A DNA stretch of 64,000 bases. Origin: Myxococcales bacterium. GTDB lineage: Bacteria; Myxococcota_A; Bradymonadia; UBA7976; UBA1532. The notes beneath the pieces were generated by a model. It did not search any database and was not told the origin of the DNA. It saw only the letters and a program-made list of their open reading frames with translations. This document shows positions 7,832 to 16,473 of the stretch, piece after piece; position 1 is the stretch's first letter; the number at the start of each line of letters is the position of its first letter. The DNA lies in contig JACKDP010000001.1 in NCBI GenBank assembly GCA_020633435.1, positions 1,353,001-1,417,000 of the forward strand, given 5' to 3'. Both the position numbers and the translations under genes were made by a program.

Positions 7832-9700
7832 TCACCCCCCACACGGGCTGACGAAGCAGCGGGCCTTGGGCAGGTTCGACGGCGGCGGCAGCGCGTCGCA
7901 CGTCGGGCCGACGGCCAGGCCGGCCGCCCACGTCCACTCGTTGAACTGCAGCTCGCCCGCGTGGCTGGCCAGCCCGCACAGGTCGTAGCTGCGCACCTCG
8001 GCGCGCCGCACGAAGCGGGTCGTCTGCCGATAGAAGACCCCGTAGCGCCCCCGGGGGATGGACCCGGCGAGCCCCTGGGTGGTGGAGACCTCATGGGAAG
8101 TCTGCAGCGCCTCTTCCACGCGCCGCGCGTCGCCCTGGGCCACCACCTCCTCCGTCGAGACCCCCTGGCCGAACGCCCAGGTCCGGGTGTTGGAGATGGT
8201 CTCCTCGGTCTCGGCCGTGCGCTCCCGCGACCGGCTCACCGCGTACGTCCCCTCCACCGACTCCGAGCGGCTCTCGGCCACCGTCGTCCCGAAGCTGCGG
8301 CCCTCGCTCAGGCTCCCGCCCGCCGACCAGCCCTCGCTCACGTTGCGCGCCCGGCGAGATCCCTGCGTGCCCTCGGTGCTCGCCCCGGCCGACACGCCCA
8401 CCGTCGTCTCGACGCCCCCGGAGACCTTCGCGAACCCCGGGATGGACCCCTCGGCCTCGACGCCGACCGTCCCCTCCCAGCTCCCCTCGCCGAAGATCAT
8501 GTTCATCCGGCTCTCGTAGACCTCGTTGCTCTCGCCGTGGGCCAGGTTCCAGGCCCAGCTCTCCCCGTTCTCGGAGGCGAAGTCCACGTCGTTGGAGACA
8601 TCGCGCCGGTAGCTCACGCCCTGGCTCTCGCTGATGTTCTCCCCCTCCCACTCGCTGACGCCCTCGGCCCGGCTGCGGCTCTCGCCCGCCTCGATGCCCT
8701 CGACGGTGTCCCGCGACAGGCTCCGCCCCTCGCTGCGCAGCCACTCGGTGCTCACGGTGACCGCCACGCTCTGCAGCCGCACCTCCGTCACCGACTCCTG
8801 GTACTCCACGCGGCTGTCGATGCTGCCGGGGATGCAGCCCGAGACGGGCTCCGGCTCGTACCGCTCGGCCAGCTCGATGGTCCCGTCGTAGCGGACCTCC
8901 AGCGGCCGGTGCACCGTCACCGGCAGCACCGTCTGGGCGGCGTGGCCCTGGGCGTCGTAGGCCGTGATGGTGATGACGCTGACCGCGTGCTGCACATCCT
9001 CGGCGATGGGGTTGAAGAGCAGCGGGCCGTCCTCGGGATCCTCGCCCACCCGGTCGCCTGGCGGCGGCTGGTTGAAGGCGTGCTCGAACGTCGTGATCCC
9101 GGGCTGCCCGTTGACGTTGCTGATCTCATAGACGTAGCGGACGGCCTTCAGGCCCGTCGCCCGCACCCGCAAGCGGTACGGGATGCCCGCCAGCGCCCGC
9201 GGGGCCGGCGCGCCGCAGTCCGCCTCGAGGGGCTCGAAGACCTCGATGACCACCGACGGCCCCACCTCGAGGTCGACCGTCAGGCCCTGCCCGCGGCTCA
9301 CGACCCCGTCGCTGGACTCCACGACGGCCGCGACCTTGCCGCGGAAGACGCCGGTGCGGGCGTCGCCGGTGAACGGGTTCGCGAAGGGACCGAAGCGCGC
9401 CACGGAGAGGATCTCTCGCTCGTCGCCCCCCAGCTCCCGGCCGCCGAAGATGGGCGAGGCGACGTAGTCCACGTTGGACACCGTCCCATCGCTCGCTTCG
9501 AAGACGCCGGTAAAGGCGAGGCGTGTCGAGCCCTCTTCACCGTGCAGGAAGCCATGGCCCAGAACCTCGAACGTCTCGCCCATCACCACCCGATGCGACG
9601 ACACGTCCACCACGACTGGACCGTTCTCCGTGACCGGCGGCGTGGAGCAGGCACACAGCCCCCCCGCCAGCCAGGCGACCAGCACCCCGCGCTTCCCCAT
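7832..9700 (-). CDS. lipoprotein, paralog B of 5937..7826
   Basis: Start MGKRGVLVAWLAGGLCAC (lipobox), with an RBS-like ggagaggagcg upstream. There is a 5-nt gap to paralog A. The C-terminal motifs are shared with paralog A. Confidence 0.65.
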   Translation of the reverse strand: MGKRGVLVAWLAGGLCACSTPPVTENGPVVVDVSSHRVVMGETFEVLGHGFLHGEEGSTRLAFTGVFEASDGTVSNVDYVASPIFGGRELGGDEREILSVARFGPFANPFTGDARTGVFRGKVAAVVESSDGVVSRGQGLTVDLEVGPSVVIEVFEPLEADCGAPAPRALAGIPYRLRVRATGLKAVRYVYEISNVNGQPGITTFEHAFNQPPPGDRVGEDPEDGPLLFNPIAEDVQHAVSVITITAYDAQGHAAQTVLPVTVHRPLEVRYDGTIELAERYEPEPVSGCIPGSIDSRVEYQESVTEVRLQSVAVTVSTEWLRSEGRSLSRDTVEGIEAGESRSRAEGVSEWEGENISESQGVSYRRDVSNDVDFASENGESWAWNLAHGESNEVYESRMNMIFGEGSWEGTVGVEAEGSIPGFAKVSGGVETTVGVSAGASTEGTQGSRRARNVSEGWSAGGSLSEGRSFGTTVAESRSESVEGTYAVSRSRERTAETEETISNTRTWAFGQGVSTEEVVAQGDARRVEEALQTSHEVSTTQGLAGSIPRGRYGVFYRQTTRFVRRAEVRSYDLCGLASHAGELQFNEWTWAAGLAVGPTCDALPPPSNLPKARCFVSPCGG

Positions 9701-10104
9701 TTTCGCTCCTCTCCAGGCGCCTTCGCGTGCCCGTGGCGAATCCCACTGCGGCACCCTCGGCAATCGCGATCGATAAACCCCCTTTGGCCGGCAGCTCACA
9801 CCCCCGGCCCGAACGCGCCCGGATACTAGCGCAAACCCATGCCGTTGGCACGGCCTGTGCCGATCGGACGACGCTGGAATCGTACATGAACACGGCTTGC
9901 CCGCGCGCGGCGCGCGACCCCATCACGAGGGCCGACGAAAACCACCGTCAGAACAGCGACTTGCGGCCTCCTGCCGTGAAGCCCGGACGCAGGCTTGGCG
10001 ACCCCCCGGGACCGCGCGCCGAGGGCCTGTGGCCCGAGCCGCACGTGGGCACGCTGACCGTGAACCAGATGGGAACGAGGAAGGGGCAGCCCCCGGGCCC
10101 GGGC

Positions 10105-11759
10105 TCAGAACGAGTAGGGCAGCCGGATGCGCATGGGCTCGCCGCTGAACGCCGGGAACTCGAAGCGCCGCACCGCCCGCTCCACGCAGCTGCCGAGCTT
10201 CGTCCCGCTGTGCGGCGGCTGGGCGTCCGCCCGGTACACCCGCCCGGAGCGGTCGAGGATGACCGCCACCTCGACCCGCGCCGCCCCGCCCGAGAACGAC
10301 TTGCACCGCTTCACCCGGGACGCGTTCGCCTTCACCGTCGACGTCACCTGCTTGCGCGAGAGCTGCCGCGGCAGGCGCTTCGCCGGCGCCGGCTTGTCCT
10401 GCGCCGCGGCCCGGGCGGCCGCCGCCTTGTCCGCCGCTGCCTTGTCCGCCGCTGCCTCGTCGGCCGCAGCCTTGTCGGCCGCAGCCTTGTCCGCCGCAGC
10501 CTTGTCCGCCGCAGCCTTGTCCGCGGCTGCCTTGTCCGCGGCTGCCTTGTCCGCGGCTGCCTTGTCCGCGGCTGCCTTGTCCGCGGCTGCCTTGTCCGCC
10601 GCAGCCTTGTCCGCGGCTGCCTTGTCCGCGGCTGCCTTGTCCGCGGCTGCCTTGTCCGCGGCTGCCTTGTCCGCCGCCGCCTGCTCCGCCGCAGCCTTGT
10701 CCGCCGCAGCCTCGTCCGCCGCAGCGCGTCGCGGCACTTGTCGCCGCTGTCCGCCGCAGCCTTGTCCGCAGCCGCCTGCTCCGCCGCAGCCTTGTCCGCC
10801 GCCAGCTTCTCGGCTTCAGCCTTGTCCGCCGCCAGCTTGTCAGCTTCCGCCCTGTCCGCCGCTGCCTTGTCCGCAGCCAGCTTCTCGGCTTCAGCCTTGT
10901 CCGCAGCCGCCTGCTCCACCGCAGCCTTGTCCGCCGCAGCCTTGTCCGCCGCAGCCTTGTCCGCCGCAGCCTTGTCCGCCGCAGCCTTGTCCGCCGCAGC
11001 CTTGTCCGCCGCTGCCTTGTCCGCAGCCGCCTGCTCCGCCGCAGCCTTGTCCGCCGCCAGCTTCTCGGCTTCAGCCTTGTCCGCCGCCGCCTTGTCCGCC
11101 TCGGCCTGCGCGGCCTGCTCCGCTCCACCCGCCGCCGCCAGCATCGCCAGGCTCTCAGGCGCAGCCGGCTCGGCCGGCTCGGCCGAGTCCGGGGCGGCCG
11201 CGCTCTCCACCGCCGCCATGGACGCTGGCGCAGCGCTCTCCGGCGCCGCGCTCTCCGGCGCCGCGCTCGCTGGCGCAGCGCTCTCCACCGCCGCCATCGA
11301 CACCGGCGCCGCGCTTGCTACCGCAGCGCTCTCCACCGCCGCGACCGTCGCCGGCGCCGCGCTCTCCACCGCCACGCTGGCCGGCGCCGCGCTCGCCACC
11401 GCTGCCGTGCTCTGCGGCGCCGCACCGTCTGCCGCCGGATCTGACCGGAAGAACAACCAGGCCAGCACGATGCCCGCCGACGCGGCCATCAGCGTGATCC
11501 CCGCCGCGGCGAGCCAGAACCCGAGGCGCTCCTGCCGGGCCGCCGGCGCGATCCCCGTCAGCTCCGGTGCCGCCTCGAAGGCCGTGGGCGAGGGCAGCTG
11601 CCCCTCCCCCACCAGCCCCGCGCTCTCGAGGGCCTGCAGATCGATCAGCCCCGACCCGCCCCCCTCCGGCCCGGCCGCCTCCAGATCCGCCGGCACCTTG
11701 AACCCCGCCAGCTCGATGAGCCCCGAGTCCTCGCGCTCCTGCGACACGTCATCCCCCAC
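10105..11759 (-). pseudogene. TonB-family protein with a long (AAADK)n Ala/Lys/Asp repeat; reading frame broken inside the repeat (frameshift or assembly error)
   Basis: The 471-aa ORF (11759..10344) has a cytoplasmic N-terminus, a TM segment LGFWLAAAGITLMAASAGIVLAWLFF and (AAADK)n. The 210-aa ORF (10737..10105) in another frame continues (AAADK)n and ends with a TonB C-terminal-like domain (...[19 protein letters not shown]...[27 protein letters not shown]). The 15-bp periodicity is disrupted near 10738-10750. Confidence 0.55.
10400..11110. repeat. 15-bp tandem coding repeat (gccgcagccttgtcc / AAADK), >40 units with an internal disruption
   Basis: Directly visible periodicity. This is a coding repeat, not CRISPR: there are no unique spacers. 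Confidence 0.85.
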
Positions 11760-11856
11760 GCCGGCCGACCGATACAGCCACTCTACACGCGAACCCCGCG
11801 CCCGACACCCTCCGATCGCGCCCGCCCGCCCCCACCTCCCCGCTCGATTTTTTCGC

Positions 11857-11885
11857 TTGACCTCCCCCCCACCACCCGATAAATT
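11857..11885 (+). promoter_or_regulatory. sigma70-like promoter for tRNA-Asn (TTGACC-17 bp-TAAATT)
   Basis: -35 TTGACC (11857-11862), 17-nt C-rich spacer, -10 TAAATT (11880-11885). This lies ~21 nt upstream of the mature tRNA 5' end. Confidence 0.4.
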
Positions 11886-11906
11886 CCGCGCCCACGTGAC
11901 CGCTGG

Positions 11907-11979
11907 TCCGGCATAGCTCAGTTGGTAGAGCAGGCGGCTGTTAACCGCCGGGTCACAGGTTCAAGTCCTGTTGCCGGAG
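11907..11979 (+). tRNA. tRNA-Asn (anticodon GTT)
   Basis: Manual fold: acceptor tccggca/tgccgga, D arm gctc-agttggta-gagc, anticodon arm ggcgg-ctGTTaa-ccgcc (U33, A37), variable gggtc, T arm acagg-ttcaagt-cctgt, discriminator G. The mature length is 73 nt. Confidence 0.9.
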
Positions 11980-11984
11980 CCCAG

Positions 11985-12018
11985 AAAAGCCCCAGACCTC
12001 CCGGTCTGGGGCTTTTTC
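11985..12018 (+). terminator. rho-independent terminator hairpin after tRNA-Asn
   Basis: agccccagacc-tccc-ggtctggggct followed by TTTTT. Confidence 0.75.
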
Positions 12019-12313
12019 ATTTCGGGCACCACGTTCGGCTGGCGGCGACTACCGGTCGGGTGTCGGCAGATCGGAGCGACGCCCGCGAAGGCCGCGGCGC
12101 CAACCCGACCGGCTGAGGCCTGGTGAGGTCGGTGATGGCCGCCGGTATCCGCTGGTGGTGCCCGATGGGCGAAACGTCCTGGTACTGCCTGAGGTTATCG
12201 ATCCCGACCGCCCGGTCGCTCCACCTCCGAGGTCGGGCCCCCCGGTGCACCCGATGATCTCCGCCACGGGTGTCGCGACATCGGTCCACGGCCCGGTCCG
12301 CGTCGATGGCGGG

Positions 12314-13057
12314 TCAGCGTCTGCTCCCAGCCCGGTCCAGCGGGTGGCCTTCTTGCGAGCCGAGTTGATCGTCGCGAAGAAGGTGCCGCAGGTCGAAGCC
12401 GAAGTGGTCACGAAGCACCTCCGAAATCCGGGCACCATTGATTCCGTCGAGGCACTCGAAGCCAGCGTCGTCGTAGATCTCCAGCCGGTCTCCGCGGAGG
12501 AACAGGAAGCGGGTTCCCACGACCAGGGAGAAGCGGAGGGCGTCGCTGAACGGATACACGGCGCCCGAGCTGAATCGCGCCTCGATGTCGGCTCTGATCT
12601 CCGACTCCGGTCTGCCGCGCATGTCGATCTCGAGCTGCAGGCTTTCCCGTCCCCTCTTCTCATGGAACACAGACAGTCGTCCGTCCGCGATCTCGGTGCG
12701 AAAGCCCATCCCAAAGCAGCGAAATGCGATTTCCCTGTCGGCCGGGTACAGCCGGAGCGAAGGCCAGCCGTTGCCGACGTCGGCGAAGAACCGACGGGAC
12801 CCGATGCCCACTCGCGCCAGACGGTGGATCTCGCGCCCGCCAATGAAGCCCGAGTGGAGCGAGATGTCGAACCCGGCCCGCACGCCCGCGGCGACGAAGC
12901 TCAGTGTCTTGTCGGAGCACGTCCCGCCCGGGACGGCAGAGCCGAGCCGGGGCCCGTACAGGAGGTGCAGGTTGTGGAATGGCTCGGCCCGAAAGTGCTG
13001 CAGCATGAGCGCCTCCACGGCCTCCACCGAGGCGCGCGTCCGTCTGGCGCTGGTCAT
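12314..13057 (-). CDS. arylamine N-acetyltransferase (NAT) family protein
   Basis: NAT signature blocks: LQHFRAEPFHNLHLL (compare IRAVPFENL), VPGGTCSDKTLSFVAAGVRAGF (GG-C catalytic Cys block), HRLARVGIGSRRFFADVGNG (His block). The ATG overlaps the TGA of the upstream gene (ATGA coupling). Confidence 0.7.
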   Translation of the reverse strand: MTSARRTRASVEAVEALMLQHFRAEPFHNLHLLYGPRLGSAVPGGTCSDKTLSFVAAGVRAGFDISLHSGFIGGREIHRLARVGIGSRRFFADVGNGWPSLRLYPADREIAFRCFGMGFRTEIADGRLSVFHEKRGRESLQLEIDMRGRPESEIRADIEARFSSGAVYPFSDALRFSLVVGTRFLFLRGDRLEIYDDAGFECLDGINGARISEVLRDHFGFDLRHLLRDDQLGSQEGHPLDRAGSRR

Positions 13058-14490
13058 CGGTGAGCTTCCCCACGGTGATCGATGGCGACATCAAAGACGG
13101 GGTAGGCATGGAAGTAGCGCTCCGTGGGTTCGTGCCGGAAGTACCCTTCCCACAACCGCCGGAGCTCCTCGCGCTCGCTCCTCCCGTTGCGCCGGAGGTA
13201 CCGAACGACTTCGCCCCGAATACCACTCCCCACGTCGAACGAGGTCTTTCGACGACGGAGAATCTGGGGCGGCAGCACGCCCTCGAAACATCGCCTCAGC
13301 GCCACCTTGTTCTCGCCGCCGTCGTACAGGTCGCGAAAGGCCAGGGCATCGCTGACAGAGCGGACCGCCCGGTCGAGGAAGGGACATCGGGGCTCGACGC
13401 TGTGTGCCATGCAACTCATGTCGAGACGCCGAAGCTCCGTGAACTGCATGTCGTCGATGAGCTGGCTCCGGATCTCACGCCACGGATCTCGCTCTGTGAA
13501 CGAGTGATAGCCACCGAAGAGTTCGTCAGCGCCTTCACCCGTGAGAACGACCTTGATGCCGGCGTCACGCGCAGCCTGGGCGAGGAGGCCGGTTGCCAGA
13601 CCGTTGCTGACGATGGACGGGTTGAAGCTCTCCGTCGCGTAGACGACCTCCTGGACGAGTGCAGGGATGCTCCCGGTGTCTGGGAGCGGCACAGCCCGCA
13701 CATCGACCAGCCCGAGGGCGGCGACCACGGCTTGGACTGCCTGGCGGTCGGGCCCCTCCGCGTCGCCCAGGGTGAAGAACGTGATGTCGTCGCGGAGGCG
13801 TGATGCAAAGGCTGCGACGAGTGAGCTATCCAGCCCGCCGCTCAGGAACACACCCACAGGTTGAGCGGGGTTCGGCAGCCGCTTGTGCACGGCACGCTCG
13901 AATGCGGTCGCCAGGTCGTCATCGTGGAGGAACGGGCGGTGGTCCACGACCGGTGTCACCGCTCCCGTGTCGAGGTCGACCTTGGCCACGCCGCGCGGCA
14001 GCAGCTCGAACCACTCGCACCTGTCGATGGCCTTCAGCTCGCTGGCAATGAACACCTCGGTCGAGGACCGGCCGACGAAGAGCGGCTTCTTGCCCATGTG
14101 GTCGCGGAGGCAAAGTGCTTCGCGGGTGCGCGGCTGCAGGACGACGGCTGAGAAGAACCCGTCGAGTTCGTCGATGAGACCCGGACCGAGGTGGGCCAGG
14201 AGCGGAAGGACGATGTCTGTATCGCACGCAGACGACGCCAGGTGGTACCGACGCCTCAGCTCTCGATGGTTGTAGATCTCGCCGTTGATGGCCCCGACCA
14301 GGCCACCGTGGTGTTGCGGCTGGTGCCCCACGGTTCCGGCGCCGTTGATGGCCAGTCGAGCGAACCCGAGCGCCAGATCGACCTCAGACCAGGTTCCCAG
14401 GTCGTCCGGCCCCCGGTGGCGGAGTCGGCTCAGGCACCTGGGCAGCCTGGCGGCCGCGTTGGGGCCGGCGAGCATGACGATTCCACACAC
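13054..14490 (-). CDS. asparagine synthetase B-like glutamine amidotransferase (class II, N-terminal Cys nucleophile)
   Basis: MCGIVMLAG (Ntn Cys2), and a PP-loop SGGLDSS in the synthetase domain. At 478 aa it is shorter than housekeeping AsnB. Confidence 0.85.
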   Translation of the reverse strand: MCGIVMLAGPNAAARLPRCLSRLRHRGPDDLGTWSEVDLALGFARLAINGAGTVGHQPQHHGGLVGAINGEIYNHRELRRRYHLASSACDTDIVLPLLAHLGPGLIDELDGFFSAVVLQPRTREALCLRDHMGKKPLFVGRSSTEVFIASELKAIDRCEWFELLPRGVAKVDLDTGAVTPVVDHRPFLHDDDLATAFERAVHKRLPNPAQPVGVFLSGGLDSSLVAAFASRLRDDITFFTLGDAEGPDRQAVQAVVAALGLVDVRAVPLPDTGSIPALVQEVVYATESFNPSIVSNGLATGLLAQAARDAGIKVVLTGEGADELFGGYHSFTERDPWREIRSQLIDDMQFTELRRLDMSCMAHSVEPRCPFLDRAVRSVSDALAFRDLYDGGENKVALRRCFEGVLPPQILRRRKTSFDVGSGIRGEVVRYLRRNGRSEREELRRLWEGYFRHEPTERYFHAYPVFDVAIDHRGEAHR

Positions 14491-14500
14491 GCCGTGGCCC

Positions 14501-15565
14501 TCAGTTCGAGTCCTGCTCGTCGGTGGCCGTTCGGCGAAGGCCCGCGCGGACCCGCATCAGAAGGTGGCCGAGCCGGTTCTCACCGGATCCGTCGCCGCCG
14601 TCGCCCCAGTAGGCATCGTTGCGCGTGTGCTCCACCAGGAGCCGATCGCCGGACTCGAGCAGCCGCTCGGCCAGATCGGGATGCTGCCCGAACTTCGCCC
14701 GCAGCCCCTCCAGCATCACCGCCTCCTTCGCGCCCGGCCAGTCCTCGCGCCGGTGCTGCTCAGCGAGCGCGGTCGCACGAATCTTGGCCTGCATCGGGGT
14801 CTGGCAACGGCGGATGGTCTCCTCGTGCGGCGTGCCCACGAACTTCTGCGCCTGGTAGAAATGCTCGACGGTCGGCCATACGCGACGGCCGACGAAGATC
14901 GAGTGCCGAGAGAAGTTGGACAGTTCTCCCCAAGGCTGGTCGGAGTGGTAGAAGAAGATCGTGCCAGTGGAGCGGCAGTCTGCCTCGAGCGGCAGTTGGT
15001 GTCCCAGCTTCGCCTTCTTCGCCTTGAGGTACTCGGCGTTCTCTGGCCTGACCGTCGGGTGGGTATTGACCATCGTGACGTGCACACCGTGCTGCTGCAG
15101 ATAGCGCACCTTCCGGGGGTTGTTGGAGATCAGGCGAACGCTCGAGATGCGGAGGTGATGCAGCAGCCGCACCGCCGCGTCATAGCTTCGCGTGTCCTGG
15201 TCCAGGCCGAGGGCATCAAAGGCCTCCACGGTGTCAAGACCATCTTGCTGCATCTTGTGGATCGCCCTGATCTTCTGCGAGAGCCCTTGCCCGCGACCTT
15301 CCTGATGAAGGTGGACGATCAGGCCGCGGCCTTCCGCCGCGATCAGCTTCATCGCCTCGCGAAGCTGGTCTGCGCAGTCGCAGTCGACCGCGCCGAACAC
15401 TTCGGAGGCAAGGCAGGACGAGTGGACCCGGAGGAGCGGCTCGGCCCCCTGGTCTTCGAGTTGCCCAAGACAAACGACGCGGACGTGCTCGTCGCCAGCG
15501 TCATACATGCGGAACTCCCCCATCGGTGTGGGGAGAGCGCACCAGGTACCGGGTGCCATGTTCAT
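14501..15565 (-). CDS. GTP cyclohydrolase II (RibA) fused to a C-terminal NADAR/YbiA (COG3236, DUF1768) N-glycosidase-like domain
   Basis: RibA block VHSSCLASEVFGAVDCDCADQL...HQEGRGQGL. C-terminal FFYHSDQPWGELSNFS...VEHFYQAQKF...DAYWGDGGDGSGENRLGHLLMRVR is typical of the YbiA/NADAR family. The start ATG 15565 overlaps the upstream TGA (ATGA). Confidence 0.8.
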   Translation of the reverse strand: MNMAPGTWCALPTPMGEFRMYDAGDEHVRVVCLGQLEDQGAEPLLRVHSSCLASEVFGAVDCDCADQLREAMKLIAAEGRGLIVHLHQEGRGQGLSQKIRAIHKMQQDGLDTVEAFDALGLDQDTRSYDAAVRLLHHLRISSVRLISNNPRKVRYLQQHGVHVTMVNTHPTVRPENAEYLKAKKAKLGHQLPLEADCRSTGTIFFYHSDQPWGELSNFSRHSIFVGRRVWPTVEHFYQAQKFVGTPHEETIRRCQTPMQAKIRATALAEQHRREDWPGAKEAVMLEGLRAKFGQHPDLAERLLESGDRLLVEHTRNDAYWGDGGDGSGENRLGHLLMRVRAGLRRTATDEQDSN

Positions 15566-16473
15566 CGATTCACCTCGCAAAGGAACAGGCGAGCTTCACG
15601 CAGCAGGCGCTGGCTCATCAGCTTCAACTCTCTGCGTCGAGGGAACAGGACCCGGTCTGGATCGCCGCCCGGCGCGTCGAACGGGAACTCCCGCCGGACG
15701 GCCAGCGCGATGATCTGGGGGACCTTGAACCCATACCCCCAACAGGGGTCGTCGCGGCTCCAGCTCGCTGGCGACTCGTTCCATAGCCTCAGCCGCTCGA
15801 GGTCTCGCTGCACGGCCTCTGCGAAGGCCGTCTCCACCTCCGCAGTCCCGACCGACCGCCACCCCGCAAGCGCGACCTCGTCGAATTGTGCTGGCGCAGA
15901 TCCACCGTCTGCTCCCAGCCCCATCGCGATCAGCAACAGGGGTCGCCTCGATGACCAGCCCGCCCGGAAGCCGTCGACGACGACGCGGTCGAACTCGTCT
16001 TCGCCATGTGTGAGGACGTCGCCGCCGCCGTCTATGCCGATGGCAAAGTCGTAGTACGGAGTCCTCCCCGCCCGCCGCCCGGCGAGGGCAGCCAGCCCTC
16101 GCCCGTGGGCAGCGCACACGTACCGGAAGCCATGCTCCCATTCCAACGACGCCGAGATGCTCAACCCCTTGCCCCGTCGATGGTCGGGGTGGAGCTCAGC
16201 GGGGACGCTCGCGTGGTGCCGCAGGACGGCCTCGGGGTCGAGGTCCGGCTCGGGCCCGAGCGCATGCCGCCTGCCAGCCTCCCCAAGGAGGTCCTTCTGG
16301 GACAGGCCCCGGCAGTTCAGCGGCTGAGCGAGGTCCACATGGGAGCAGCCGTCGCTGATCAGGCGCTCCGCGATTGCCTTCGCGAGGATGAGGTCCGCTG
16401 AGCCGCCGGCGGCGAAGACGAGCCCTCGCCTATTGTCATGTCCGATCTGCTCAAGCACATGCCGGGTGATCAT
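15562..16473 (-). CDS. hypothetical protein (GGGGD-containing, function unknown)
   Basis: Non-degenerate composition; motifs GLVFAAGGSADLILAKAIAERL and AIGIDGGGDVLTHGED. Start and stop overlap the neighbouring genes, indicating translational coupling. Confidence 0.45.
   Translation of the reverse strand: MITRHVLEQIGHDNRRGLVFAAGGSADLILAKAIAERLISDGCSHVDLAQPLNCRGLSQKDLLGEAGRRHALGPEPDLDPEAVLRHHASVPAELHPDHRRGKGLSISASLEWEHGFRYVCAAHGRGLAALAGRRAGRTPYYDFAIGIDGGGDVLTHGEDEFDRVVVDGFRAGWSSRRPLLLIAMGLGADGGSAPAQFDEVALAGWRSVGTAEVETAFAEAVQRDLERLRLWNESPASWSRDDPCWGYGFKVPQIIALAVRREFPFDAPGGDPDRVLFPRRRELKLMSQRLLREARLFLCEVNR

Noticed and set aside
10400-11110. Possible CRISPR array
   Set aside because: The units are 15 bp, directly abutting, with no unique spacers, and lie inside a coding region. 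This is a protein-coding tandem repeat.
10127-11497. 456-aa + strand ORF across the 15-bp repeat array (and 9923..11128 -)
   Set aside because: These are mirror or alternate-frame readings of the (AAADK)n repeat. Only the minus-strand frame connects a TM helix to a TonB C-terminal domain.
12019-12313. attR-like direct repeat of the tRNA-Asn 3' end bounding the island
   Set aside because: Looked for gttcaagtcctg / tgccggagc copies downstream (12-24 kb) and found none by eye. The island's right boundary is therefore undefined.
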